A stretch of DNA of 64,000 bases from an uncultured Chloroflexia bacterium (GTDB lineage Bacteria; Chloroflexota; Limnocylindria; Limnocylindrales; CSP1-4), in NCBI GenBank assembly GCA_963696405.1, contig CAVOJY010000003.1, positions 194,407 to 258,406 on the forward strand, written 5' to 3'. Positions 28,447-39,164 of this stretch are shown here, piece after piece (positions within the stretch are counted from its first letter, which is position 1; each line of letters opens with the position of its first letter). The position numbers and the translations under genes are program-made. The notes below the pieces were generated by a model. It was not told where the DNA came from and ran no database searches. It was given only the letters and a program-made list of their open reading frames with translations.

Positions 28447-29454
28447 ATGTCAGGGGATGAGGGAGGCCGCGTCGGGCGGCGGGCGATGCTCGCGGCCGGC
28501 CTCGGCGGCGTGATTGCGGCAATCGGGGGGATGCTGGGCAGACCCGGGCTGGTTGCCGGGGCAGACGGCAAATCGGTCAAGATCGGCCAGGTGAACGACG
28601 GGACAACCACGACCGTTGTGCACACGAGCGGTCCCGAGGGCTTCAAGGGCCAGGCCGACCTTGCGGACGGGCTGGTGGGACAGAGCGCAGGCGCGAACAA
28701 GTCGGGGGTCCTGGGTTTCAACACCGATCCCGGCGGCTTCGGCGTCTACGGCCTCAACAGCACCAGCGGCAACTGGGGATCCCTGGGACGGCCCATGGAA
28801 GGCATCAAGGGATACAGCAAGGACCTCGTCGGGGTCCTGGGTCAGAGCGCGGCGGCGGAAGGGATCCGCGGACAGAGCAACAGCTCCGACGGTGTTGTCG
28901 GCCAGAGCAACGCCGCGAACAAGTCCGGCGTCTACGGGTACAACACGAAGAAGGAGGGGTATGGCGTCTACGGCGCGAATCCTCCCGCGAAGACGCATGG
29001 CTACCTCGGCGGCAACAAGATCGGCGTCTACGGCGTCGCCGACGACGTGGTGGGATGCGGTGTCCAGGGCGTGAACATGGCCGCCAACGGCTCCGCCGTG
29101 CAGGGCTTCAACACGGCCTCGGGAACGTCGGGCTCCCTCGGCGGCTGGGCCGGCGTGTACGCCTCGGCGTCGAAGCCCGACTCCTTCGCCCTGAACGTGG
29201 ATGGCCGTGTTCAGTTCCACAGGTCGGGGATTGCCACGATCCCCGCCGGCAAGAGCTCGGTAGCTGTCGGTACCGCTGGTGGTGTCGCGCTTGCCCTTTT
29301 CCCGGAGAGCAGGGTGCTGGCCACGCTCCAGACGAACCGGGCGGGGCTCTACGTGCAGGCGGCGGTTCCAAACGTGTTGAAGAGCACTGTCACGATCTAC
29401 CTGAACAAGAAAGCTCCGGCCGCCACGAAGGTCGCCTGGTTCGTCCTGAGCTGA
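28447..29454 (+). CDS. Tat-signal glycine-rich repeat protein, paralogue 2 (unknown family)
   Basis: AGGAGGGA RBS. VGRRAMLAAGLGGVIAAIGG signal and the same repeat type. The C-terminus ATLQTNRAGLYVQAAVPN...TVTIYLNKK..AATKVAWF is nearly identical in protein to paralogue 1 but differs at many synonymous sites. Confidence 0.7.
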   Translation: MSGDEGGRVGRRAMLAAGLGGVIAAIGGMLGRPGLVAGADGKSVKIGQVNDGTTTTVVHTSGPEGFKGQADLADGLVGQSAGANKSGVLGFNTDPGGFGVYGLNSTSGNWGSLGRPMEGIKGYSKDLVGVLGQSAAAEGIRGQSNSSDGVVGQSNAANKSGVYGYNTKKEGYGVYGANPPAKTHGYLGGNKIGVYGVADDVVGCGVQGVNMAANGSAVQGFNTASGTSGSLGGWAGVYASASKPDSFALNVDGRVQFHRSGIATIPAGKSSVAVGTAGGVALALFPESRVLATLQTNRAGLYVQAAVPNVLKSTVTIYLNKKAPAATKVAWFVLS

Positions 29455-29570
29455 CGGCGGTCCGGGGGGTACCCGCGCACGGCCGCGCCCGCCGCAGCGC
29501 CGCCCGCATGCCGCAGGTGGAAACCGGTGGCGACCTGCCGGAAGTCACCCCCGGGCTGATCGAGGATCCC

Positions 29571-30743
29571 TCAGCCGCCTTGCAGCTCCCGCAGGACGCG
29601 CGCGATCCGCTCGAGCGCCTCGTTCACGAAGGCCGGCTCCAGGCCGAGTGCGATCCGCAGGTGCCCCTCCACGCCGAAGCAGGACCCGGGCGCCACCAGC
29701 ACGCTCGCCCGCGTGCGGATCGTGTCTGCCACGTCGACCGAGGGCAGGTCGACGGCGTAGCGGACAAACGCGAGGGCGGTCGCCTCCGGTGGGATGATCG
29801 AGACAAGCTCCGGGTTCGCCGCCACCCAGCGCTCGATGAGCTCGTAGCCGGCGCGAATGTACGAGCGGGTCCGATCGAGCAGGCGGCTCCGGGCAGGCTC
29901 CGCCAGCGCCATCTCTGCGAGGGTATTGGAGAGCATGCCGGTGGAGATCGTGGCGTACTCGTGGCGACGCCAGATCCGTTCGACCATTGGCGCCGGTCCA
30001 AGGAGCCAGCCGGTCCGAAGACCGGGCAGCCCATACGCCTTCGAGAGGCTTCCCACCACGATCGTCCGCTCGTACCGACCCCAGAAGCTCGGCGTCTCCG
30101 CGTCCGACAGTCGCTCCGTGCCCCGATACACCTCGTCCGCGAGGAGCCAAGCCCCCGCACTCGCGGCCGCGGCGGCGACCAGCTCCATCTCCCCTTCCGT
30201 GAGGATCGCGCCGGTCGGGTTGTTCGGGTTGGTCACGGCGATGACGCGAACGGGCCGCGCGCCGCCGGAGGGGCTCCAGGGACCCGCGCTCCCCGACGCC
30301 TCGGGCCGGAGCGCCGCTTCCAGCGCCTCCAGGTCGGGACGCCAGCCGCGATCGCGCCGCAGGGTGAACGACCGCACCTCGCACCCGAGGTTCTGGGCGA
30401 TCCCCCACGCCTGCCGGTACCCCGGCTCGAGCACGACCACGCGGTCGCCGGGCGAAAGCAGCGTCTGGAGGGAAATGGCCATCGCCTCGGAGGCGCCCAC
30501 CGTGACAAGCACGTTTCCGAGGTGGGCGCGTTCGTAGAGCCCCGCGATGAGCGACCGCAGGAGCGGCGTGCCGTTCACATGCGGGTAATGAAGGGCCGTG
30601 TCAAGAAGGTCGCGGACCGCGGCCGGCTCCGACACCAGTTCGCCCACCCGCACCGGGTGCACTCCGCTGTCCGCGAGATTGAACTCGACATCCTGCTCGT
30701 AGGCCGACTGCCAGGCCTCGAGCTCGAAGGGGACGAATGGCAT
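29571..30743 (-). CDS. class I/II PLP-dependent aminotransferase
   Basis: NPNNPTG and SLSKAYGLPGLRTG (PLP-Lys) motifs. 390 aa. Confidence 0.8.
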   Translation of the reverse strand: MPFVPFELEAWQSAYEQDVEFNLADSGVHPVRVGELVSEPAAVRDLLDTALHYPHVNGTPLLRSLIAGLYERAHLGNVLVTVGASEAMAISLQTLLSPGDRVVVLEPGYRQAWGIAQNLGCEVRSFTLRRDRGWRPDLEALEAALRPEASGSAGPWSPSGGARPVRVIAVTNPNNPTGAILTEGEMELVAAAAASAGAWLLADEVYRGTERLSDAETPSFWGRYERTIVVGSLSKAYGLPGLRTGWLLGPAPMVERIWRRHEYATISTGMLSNTLAEMALAEPARSRLLDRTRSYIRAGYELIERWVAANPELVSIIPPEATALAFVRYAVDLPSVDVADTIRTRASVLVAPGSCFGVEGHLRIALGLEPAFVNEALERIARVLRELQGG

Positions 30744-30868
30744 CTGCGGCTCCTGGGTGGATGGGACTGGACGTCCGCGCCGGGTGTTGTCACAGTACCG
30801 AGCGAACGGTACCGGTGTCTACCTGCCCCGACGCGCACCGAGGCCGGGGGAACCGAGAAGGAGAGACG

Positions 30869-31339
30869 ATGGCCAAGACGACCCGGAAGCAGGTCGACGA
30901 CTTCCTGGCGCTCAAGCGCCTCGCGTTCGTCGGCATCTCGATGAACCCAAAGGCGTTCTCTCGAGGGCTCTGGCACGAGCTGCTCGATCGCCGGTACGAC
31001 GTCCTGCCCGTGAACCCCGCGACATCGGAACTGGACGGCAAGCCCTGCTACGCGCGGGTCCAGGACATCCAGCCGCCGGTCGAGGGCGCCCTGCTCATCA
31101 CCAAGCCCGACGTCACGGAACAGGTTGTGAAGGACTGCGCCGAAGCCGGGATCAAGCACGTGTGGATGTACAAGGCCGCCGGGAGAGGTTCCGTGAGCAA
31201 GGCGGCGGTCGAGTTCTGTGAGGCGAACGGCATCAACGTTGTGGCCGGTCAGTGCCCATACATGTTCCTGCAGGGAACGCCGTTCTTCCACAAGATCCAC
31301 GGCACCGTCAAGAAGATCACCGGCAGCTACCCGAAGTAG
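30869..31339 (+). CDS. CoA-binding domain protein (YccU/YneT-like)
   Basis: GAAGGAGAG RBS. LAFVGISMNPKAFS...VLPVNP...CYARVQDI layout. Confidence 0.65.
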   Translation: MAKTTRKQVDDFLALKRLAFVGISMNPKAFSRGLWHELLDRRYDVLPVNPATSELDGKPCYARVQDIQPPVEGALLITKPDVTEQVVKDCAEAGIKHVWMYKAAGRGSVSKAAVEFCEANGINVVAGQCPYMFLQGTPFFHKIHGTVKKITGSYPK

Positions 31340-31534
31340 GCCATTCGGCGAAGGGGCCGGAGCGGCTGGCGCCGCCATCCAACCCAGGTGGAACGGGACG
31401 CGGTCCTGCGGGCGTGCGCCCCGCGAACGGGCGTCGCCGTTGAGGAGAGCCGCGCTCAACGAGCCACAGGCAGGTCCGGTGGGCGCGGTCGGCGATCGCC
31501 GGGCGACCCAGGCGACCCCGGGCGGCTCCGAGGA

Positions 31535-32563
31535 CTACCAGAGGACGTCCTGGTCCTCGACCACCCCGGGCACCGCCTCGAGTTCGATCGATCGATCGCC
31601 GAGACGGACCGTGCCGGAGTACGTTCCGACCGGCTGCACGAACTGCGAGCGGATGATGCCGAGGTTCTTCCTCTCCGCATGCATCCCGCCCGGTGAGAAG
31701 ACCAGGTCCACGGCGCCGTCCACCGTGGCGACGCGCCACGGCTCGAGCGGCCGTGCTCGCTCGAACTGGAACCTTCCCTCGGCGAGCGGATGGACGTCGC
31801 CTCGGGTCCACGCCGCGCACTCCGCCTCCCCGACATGCCCCTCGACGAGGTTGAGCGCGAACGGTTCGCCGCCCTTCGCCACCCCAAGCGCGAAGGCCCA
31901 GCGCCACGCGGTGTACCGCGGCAGTAGGCCCTGGGTGTAGTCGCAGCCCGCAAGCCCGCCGTCGAGGACGAAGCGCCGGCCCGCGACGACGGCCTCGCCC
32001 GTGGCGCTGAGCAGTGCGCGTTTCTCGGTGGCCACGAAACCGCCGGGGACCGAGGCGACCGCCGCGATCGCCGGCGGAGCCACGGTCGCGTCCAGGCGCG
32101 CGCTCAGTTCCAGGCCTTTCGCCGACAGGCGCACCTCGCAGGCCCTCTCACCCTGCCTGCCCGGGCCGGTGCCGGGTCCCGCGACCACGGACGTTCGGAA
32201 GCTCCCGAACCGGAAGCGAGCATGCACGCCGTTCCCGCCGGTGTCGCCCACAGCGGCCGCGAAGGCCGGCCCGAGCGAGCTCGACTCCGCGAGCATCCGG
32301 CGCTCGCCCGTGTGGTACACGAATGCGAAGGCGTTCGAGGCATACCCGAAACGGAGGACCGTCAGCGCGACGATGACCGGGTCCCGCGCGATCACCAGGA
32401 AGAGCCAGCGCTTGTGGCGGGCGATGCGCGTTATGCCGGCGAACGGCCCGCGCGCGGTTCGATCAGCCTCGATCCGCGAGAGCCCGCCCCGGTACGAGCC
32501 GAACCGGGGTTCGAGCGTCGTCGGATCGAGCGCGTCCCCCGGGGCGGGGGCGAGGGTGCGCAC
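31535..32563 (-). CDS. DUF2804-like protein
   Basis: GTG start 11 nt after the tdh stop. HKRWLFLVI...YTAWRWAF...GTYSGTV pattern recalled from DUF2804. Fused to tdh in the track ORF only by lack of an in-frame stop. Confidence 0.5.
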   Translation of the reverse strand: MRTLAPAPGDALDPTTLEPRFGSYRGGLSRIEADRTARGPFAGITRIARHKRWLFLVIARDPVIVALTVLRFGYASNAFAFVYHTGERRMLAESSSLGPAFAAAVGDTGGNGVHARFRFGSFRTSVVAGPGTGPGRQGERACEVRLSAKGLELSARLDATVAPPAIAAVASVPGGFVATEKRALLSATGEAVVAGRRFVLDGGLAGCDYTQGLLPRYTAWRWAFALGVAKGGEPFALNLVEGHVGEAECAAWTRGDVHPLAEGRFQFERARPLEPWRVATVDGAVDLVFSPGGMHAERKNLGIIRSQFVQPVGTYSGTVRLGDRSIELEAVPGVVEDQDVLW

Positions 32564-32574
32564 GGGGGCCGGCC

Positions 32575-33601
32575 TCAGGCCGTCCAGTCCATGATCACCT
32601 TGCCGGACGAGCCGGACCGCGCCGCCGCAAAGGCGGCCTCGTGGTCGCGGAACGAGAAGCGGTGGGTGATCACCGGCCGGATGTCGAGGCCGGACTGGAG
32701 CATGACCGTCATCTTGTACCAGGTCTCGTACATCTCGCGGCCGTAGATCCCCCGCAGCGTCAGCAGCTTGAAGACGATCGCGTTGACGTCGAGGGTGACG
32801 TCCTGCGTCGGGATGCCGAGGATGGCGATCCCCCCGCCGTGAGCCATGTTGGCGATCGCGCTCGCGCAGCGCATCCGGGTTGCCCGACATCTCGAGGGCC
32901 ACGTCGAACCCCTCGACCATCCCGAGCTCCGCCTGGACGTCTCCGAGGTCCCGCTCGCGGGGGTCCACCACGAGGGTCGCTCCCATCACTCGGGCGAGCT
33001 CCCGCCGGGCGGGGTTGGGTTCCGACACGACCACGAACCGGGCGTCACGCTTCACGACTGCCGTGGCCATGAGCCCGATCGGGCCGGCTCCGGTGATGAG
33101 CACGTCCTCGCCCAGGACGGGGAACGCGAGCGCCGTGTGGACCGCGTTCCCGAACGGGTCGAAGATGGCGCCGATCTCCTCGTCGATGCCCGGCCAGTGG
33201 CGCCAGATGTTCGTTGCCGGCAGCGCGATGTACTCGGCGAACGCCCCATCGCGCCCCACGCCGACGCCGACCGTGTCGGCGCAGAGGTGGCGCCGCCCGG
33301 CGAGGCAGTGGCGGCACCGGCCGCAGACCACGTGGCCCTCACCGGAGACCATGTCGCCCGGCGCAACGTTGACCACGTTCGAGCCGACCTCGATCACCTG
33401 CCCGACGAACTCGTGTCCAACCACCAGGGGAGGGCGGATCGTCCTGGCGGCCCAGGGATCCCAGGCCTCGATGTGCAGGTCGGTGCCGCAGATCCCCGTC
33501 TTGCGGATCCGGACGAGGACATCGTTGATCCCGATGGCGGGGTCAGGGACCGTCTCCATCCGGAGGCCCGGACCCGGCGAGGTCTTCACGAGCGCCAGCA
33601 T
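32575..33601 (-). CDS. tdh: L-threonine 3-dehydrogenase, frame broken by one extra base near 32860
   Basis: [36 protein letters not shown] and C-terminal [14 protein letters not shown]...GKVIMDW. N- and C-terminal parts lie in different frames. They join as ...[17 protein letters not shown] if one C is removed from GAG-C-GCGATCGCC. Confidence 0.8.
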
Positions 33602-33722
33602 GGGACCCTCCTCCCTGGTCGGCGCCACGTCCGATCCGTGCGGCGCACGGGACCCGCACGCAGCATAACCCGCACGGCGCGGATCGGCGAGCGCCGGGAT
33701 GGACAGAATGGACTTCAGCCCA

Positions 33723-33751
33723 TTGACGATGTACTCGACTACGAGTACGAT
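33723..33751 (+). promoter_or_regulatory. leaderless-type promoter TTGACG-17-TACGAT with embedded palindrome GTACTCG-acta-CGAGTAC
   Basis: -35 at 33723-33728, -10 at 33746-33751, ATG at 33759 (7 nt after the -10). Inverted repeat at 33731-33748, with a third half-site TGTACTC at 33752-33758. Confidence 0.5.
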
Positions 33752-33758
33752 TGTACTC

Positions 33759-34469
33759 ATGAACGATACAGCGGCGCTGGCAGACCTGCTGCTGGGTCGA
33801 TCGCGGGTGCGTCGCCGCATTCTCGAGCTGCTGCTGGCGCAACTCGGAGCGCGATATCACCTGCGTGGGATCCAGCGCCTGGTCGAGACGAGCCCGGGCA
33901 CGGCCAGTCGAGAGTTGCAGCGGCTGGTGGCGGCCGGCCTCGTCGAGCGGCGGCGCGAGGGCAACCAGGTGTACTTCTCGGCGCGCGCCAATTCGCCGTT
34001 CGTCCGGAACCTGCATGGCCTGATCGCGACCGGTCGGGGTCAGGCGCCGCTCCGCGTTTCGGAGACGGCTGCCGACTACGGCTCCGTGGCAATGACCGCG
34101 CCGCCACCCGGTGCGTCCGTGCAGAGCCGGGCTGTGCCGGGACACGGGCCCGACCCGCTCGGCCTGGAGGTAGCCCGTCGGCTCTCGGCCGCTCTCCGGC
34201 GGACCTACGGCCCCCGGCTCAGGGGCGTGTACCTTTACGGCTCCCGCGCCCGCGGAGACGCCGCGCCGGACTCCGACGTGGACGTCCTCGTCGTGCTCGA
34301 CCGCCTCGACCGCTACAGCCTGGAGCTCGAGCGCACGAGCGAGGCTGCCGCGGACCTCTCTCTCGAGTATGGGGTGTCCGTCAGCCGGGCTTTCGTGCCC
34401 GAGGCCGAATGGATTGGGCAGAGCACCGCGTTCCTCGCCTCCGTGGGTGCCGATGCGGTGCCCGTATGA
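33759..34469 (+). CDS. wHTH-fused minimal nucleotidyltransferase (MNT-type antitoxin-like)
   Basis: N-terminal ArsR-like wHTH (RRILELLL...[37 protein letters not shown]). C-terminal [19 protein letters not shown] nucleotidyltransferase motif. Stop overlaps the next ATG. Confidence 0.7.
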   Translation: MNDTAALADLLLGRSRVRRRILELLLAQLGARYHLRGIQRLVETSPGTASRELQRLVAAGLVERRREGNQVYFSARANSPFVRNLHGLIATGRGQAPLRVSETAADYGSVAMTAPPPGASVQSRAVPGHGPDPLGLEVARRLSAALRRTYGPRLRGVYLYGSRARGDAAPDSDVDVLVVLDRLDRYSLELERTSEAAADLSLEYGVSVSRAFVPEAEWIGQSTAFLASVGADAVPV

Positions 34470-34849
34470 ACGAGCGTGCGGCGCACTGGTTGGGTCGCGC
34501 CGATCGAGCACTCGTTGCCGCCGCACGTGACCTGGACGCGGGCGATGCCGAGTCCACGGTCGACCACGCGTACTACGCCATGTTCTACGTTGCGTCGGCC
34601 TGCCTCGAACAGGAGGGCCTGCGGTTCAAGAAGCACAGGGCGACTCATGCGGCGTTCGGCATGCGCTTCGCGAAGACGGGGCGTCTGGATCCGGTCCATC
34701 ACCGTTGGCTCCTGGATGCGTTCGACCTGCGCACGACCGCCACATACGATGTGGATCGAGTGATCGATCGCGAGGGAGCAGCAACCGCGCTCGAGCGCGC
34801 CCACGCCTTCCGCAAGGCTGTGGCACGCTTCCTCGCCGAGACGCTCTGA
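34466..34849 (+). CDS. HEPN domain protein (toxin-like partner of MNT)
   Basis: 127 aa, all-helical. AYYAMFYVASACL...KKHRATHAAF...LRTTATYD is typical of small HEPN proteins paired with MNT genes. Confidence 0.65.
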   Translation: MNERAAHWLGRADRALVAAARDLDAGDAESTVDHAYYAMFYVASACLEQEGLRFKKHRATHAAFGMRFAKTGRLDPVHHRWLLDAFDLRTTATYDVDRVIDREGAATALERAHAFRKAVARFLAETL

Positions 34850-34984
34850 GCAGGGGAGGCAGGGAGAGGCCGCCACAGCGGTAGGATTCCACGCAGCGTC
34901 ACCATGCTGGAGGAGTCCGGTTCAAGCGAGAGGTGGCCGGAGGAGCCAGCGCGGCTCCGGGCCACCGAGGTTGGGAGGCATTTC

Positions 34985-35737
34985 ATGAGACTGGCGGGCA
35001 AGGTCGCGATCATCACTGGGGCGGGCTCCGGAATCGGGCGGGCCGCGGCTGAGCTGTTCGCACGCGAGGGCGCGAAGGTGGTCGTCGCCGACTACAAGGC
35101 GGACACCGCGCAGGAGGTAGTCAAGGCCATCAAGGATTCCGGGGGCGAGGCCATCTTCGCAGAGGTCGACGTGTCCGACTCGGCCCAGGTGGAGCGGATG
35201 GTCGGGTCCGCGGTCGACGCCTACGGCGGCATCGATATCCTCTTCAACAACGCCGCCATGCTCGCCTTCGGCACAATCCTGGAAACCGACGAGACCCTGT
35301 GGCGCCGGGTGATGTCCGTCAACGTGAATGGTCCCTACCTGTGCAGCAAGGCCGTGCTCCCCCACATGATCAGCCGCGGCGGCGGCTCGATCATCAACAC
35401 GGTCTCGTCCACCGGTGCGCACGATGCCAAGGGCGGCGTCGCGGCCTACGTCACCTCCAAGGGCGGGGTCACGCTGCTGACGAAGTGCATGGCCATCGAC
35501 CACGCGAACGACAACGTGCGGGTGAACGGCATCGCGCCTGGCCCCACCGACACACCCATGCTGCGAGAGGTCATGTCCCAGCAGGAGCTGGACGACTTCG
35601 CCCAGACCTACCCAATGAAGCGCCTGGGCCGGCCGGAGGAACTCGCGAACGCCGCCCTGTTTCTCGCGTCCGACGAAGCCTCCTTCGTGACGGGGGCCAT
35701 CCTCAACGTGGACGGCGGACAGACCGCGGAGATCTAG
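34985..35737 (+). CDS. short-chain dehydrogenase/reductase
   Basis: GKVAIITGAGSGIGRA, NNAA and YVTSKGG (YxxxK). Confidence 0.8.
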   Translation: MRLAGKVAIITGAGSGIGRAAAELFAREGAKVVVADYKADTAQEVVKAIKDSGGEAIFAEVDVSDSAQVERMVGSAVDAYGGIDILFNNAAMLAFGTILETDETLWRRVMSVNVNGPYLCSKAVLPHMISRGGGSIINTVSSTGAHDAKGGVAAYVTSKGGVTLLTKCMAIDHANDNVRVNGIAPGPTDTPMLREVMSQQELDDFAQTYPMKRLGRPEELANAALFLASDEASFVTGAILNVDGGQTAEI

Positions 35738-35759
35738 GTCCAGGCAGGGCCGAGGGGAA

Positions 35760-35807
35760 TGGCTGGCGAGGAAGGATTCGAGCCTTCGGTCTCCGGATCC
35801 ACGGTCA
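35760..35807 (-). other. 48-nt degenerate copy of the 3' part of tRNA-Gln (possible att remnant or decayed tRNA)
   Basis: TGGCTGGCGAGGAAGGATTCGAgCCTTCGgTCTCCgGATCCAcgGTCAG matches 38989-39036 with 5 mismatches by eye. It covers the acceptor 3' strand, T-arm, variable loop and 3' anticodon stem. Confidence 0.6.
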
Positions 35808-36244
35808 GCCCGTGTCGGCCGACGTGCTCGTGGGCGTGGGCGGTGGGGTCGACTTGCCCCACTCAGGGGATGTACTCGTAGGCCCCGACACGGCGGCTCG
35901 AGCTGGCCGACCGTGGCTGGGATCGCCGTCGCCGCGCGGAGCGGGGCCGGCGGTAGACCAACCAGGACCGCCCACGGTTGACTCACGAGCGCGCGCGGGC
36001 GACGCAACTCGCGGCTGGAGCGGGCTCAACTTTCCGACCCGGACGCGCGGGAACGCTCAGGTTTCGGAATGGATCAGGATGCCGTCCGGGCGGAGGAGCC
36101 GGCGCTCCGGGCGGCCAATCTCCTGGGCGACCAGACGATCGTGGCTGTGTCATCGAAGCGCGTGAGAGCCCGTCGCCGGCGGCTGCCTCGGCTGGATCTT
36201 CATCACGTGTCTGCCTGGCTGCGGTCGGGCCGGTTCTTCGCCGA

Positions 36245-37334
<1,090 letters not shown>

Positions 37335-37882
37335 TGAGTGCCTTGACCCACTCCTGAACTCGACCTGGCGGGGTCCGCCGACGATGGCAACGCGTATGTC
37401 ACTCCCGGAGGTGTGCGGTTTCCGCCGGATGCGGGCGCTCGGCCCGCAGCTGGCCCCGCCGACACAGGGCGAGGAGGCTCTGCAGAGGGTCACCTGCACT
37501 GCGCTTCGGGGTCTCCGCCGACCCTTGGGTCCCAAGCGTATGCCCACGATGGCGACAGTGCCAAGAAGGCCCCTATGTGACATCCCCTGTCATGTAGATC
37601 GCCCATCGGATCCCAAGACGGGCAGGAGGTGTCGGCCGTCACCGATGAGCTCGGCGATCATCTCCACTACTCGTCTTCGGCCGATGGACGCTGTTCCGCG
37701 ATGGTGCGGCAGTCAGGTCCTCGGATCGAGGCAAACCCGACCGTGCAGACGGCCGTTCTGGCACCGATGGGACGTGACACGACTCTGCCGCGGCGTTGCC
37801 GGGTGGCCCTGCGCCAAGCATAGACTTCCACCCCTGGCGCAAGGCCGCAGCGCGCTGTTCCGGCGCTCGATTGAGGTTGCAG

Positions 37883-38905
37883 ATGGTCATGGAAACATCG
37901 TTCGTCAGCAGGATCGTTACCTCGCGTGACGCGGGCGGGCGATACCTTGTTGCGCAACAGCGGTCCGACGGCGCCATTGGCGAGCCGGAACGGGCGGGGC
38001 TGGGGCCCTACTACAAGGCGCTGTGGGCGCTGACCGCGGTCGGCATGCCCGCGGAGGCAAATCGTCTGGGCAACTGGATCGTCGCCAAGGTCCTGACGCC
38101 CGAAGGTGACTTCGCCGGCCCGATGCGCGGGACTGAGCACGACAGCAACTACGCCTATCCCAACGCATGGATGGTCTGCGGCGCGCAGAAACTGGGTCGG
38201 CACGACATCGCCTATCCGGGCCTGCGCTTCCTGCTGGCGCTGCACGATCCGGAGACGGGCGGCTTCCGCATGCAGCGGGATAAGATCGACGCTCCCCAAG
38301 ACGTGCTCAACGCGTCCCAGGCCGGCAACGCGTGCCTCAACGCGGGCCGCATCGATGTGGCGCTCCGCGTGGGCGCGTTCCTGCAGACGATGTGGGACGC
38401 GCAGCCGCACCCCGAGCGGGAGTTGTTCTTCGTTCACGAGCCGGGCATCGGCCTGCGCACGAAGTTCCCGGACGAGCGGCAGCGTCAGCACTCGATCCGC
38501 ACCGACACGCCGCGGCAGGCCTACTACAACATGGGCATCGCCGCCGCCTTCCTGGCCCGTCTGACGCTGGCCACCGGCGATGCGCGCTGGGTCGACCTGG
38601 GCAAGGAGTACCTGGAGATTGGCTACCACGTGCTCGACGAGATGTACGAGACGGCGCAGGTCGGCAAGGTGGGCTGGGGCGCCGCTCTCGTCTACGGGGT
38701 CGCGGGCGAGGAACGCCACCTGCGCCTGGCCGAGCGTGCCGGCGAGGGGCTGATTGCGCAGCAGACCGACACGGGCGGATGGGATAACACCGGCGGCTAC
38801 GTGAACGACGCAATCCGCGCCGAGATAACCGCCGAGTTCATCGTCCTGTTGGATGAGATGGCTGGCGGGCTCAGCATGCGCTGGGGACTGACGCCGCGTC
38901 CTTGA
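37883..38905 (+). CDS. hypothetical protein, possibly (alpha/alpha)6-toroid (prenyltransferase/terpene-cyclase-like repeats)
   Basis: 340 aa with helical repeats containing G-G-F/W motifs (ETGGFRM, DTGGWDN). Weak recognition only. Confidence 0.35.
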   Translation: MVMETSFVSRIVTSRDAGGRYLVAQQRSDGAIGEPERAGLGPYYKALWALTAVGMPAEANRLGNWIVAKVLTPEGDFAGPMRGTEHDSNYAYPNAWMVCGAQKLGRHDIAYPGLRFLLALHDPETGGFRMQRDKIDAPQDVLNASQAGNACLNAGRIDVALRVGAFLQTMWDAQPHPERELFFVHEPGIGLRTKFPDERQRQHSIRTDTPRQAYYNMGIAAAFLARLTLATGDARWVDLGKEYLEIGYHVLDEMYETAQVGKVGWGAALVYGVAGEERHLRLAERAGEGLIAQQTDTGGWDNTGGYVNDAIRAEITAEFIVLLDEMAGGLSMRWGLTPRP

Positions 38906-38988
38906 CGCTGAGGGACGCGAAGATCGTGCCGCCCGGACAGTGGCCGAGGCTGTGACCCAGACGAAGGCCGAGGGGGGTGCTCGGAAGT

Positions 38989-39063
38989 TGGCTGGCGAGG
39001 AAGGATTCGAACCTTCGATCTCCTGATCCAGAGTCAGGCGCCTTACCGCTTGGCCACTCGCCA
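38989..39063 (-). tRNA. tRNA-Gln (anticodon CTG)
   Basis: 75 nt folded by hand. Acceptor TGGCGAG/CTCGCCA (7 bp), anticodon arm CCTGA-CTCTGGA-TCAGG, T-arm GAAGG-TTCGAAT-CCTTC, encoded CCA. Confidence 0.9.
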
Positions 39064-39164
39064 TCGCCAGCGGCGGCGATGATACCAGACGGGGTTCGGG
39101 GACCCGCTCGCGTCGGGGGCTCGCCGAGCCTGCACTGAGCCTGCGGGGCGGTCAAGATAGCGCC

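Noticed and set aside
31535-33820. 761-aa fusion of tdh and a DUF2804-like protein.
   Set aside because: The tdh C-terminus lies in another frame with its stop at 32575. The downstream protein has its own GTG start at 32563.
35808-36244. Integrase remnant next to the tRNA-Gln fragment.
   Set aside because: Six-frame reading by eye gives only short fragments (e.g. HDRLVAQEIGRPERRLLRPDGILIHSET) with no recognisable tyrosine-recombinase motifs.
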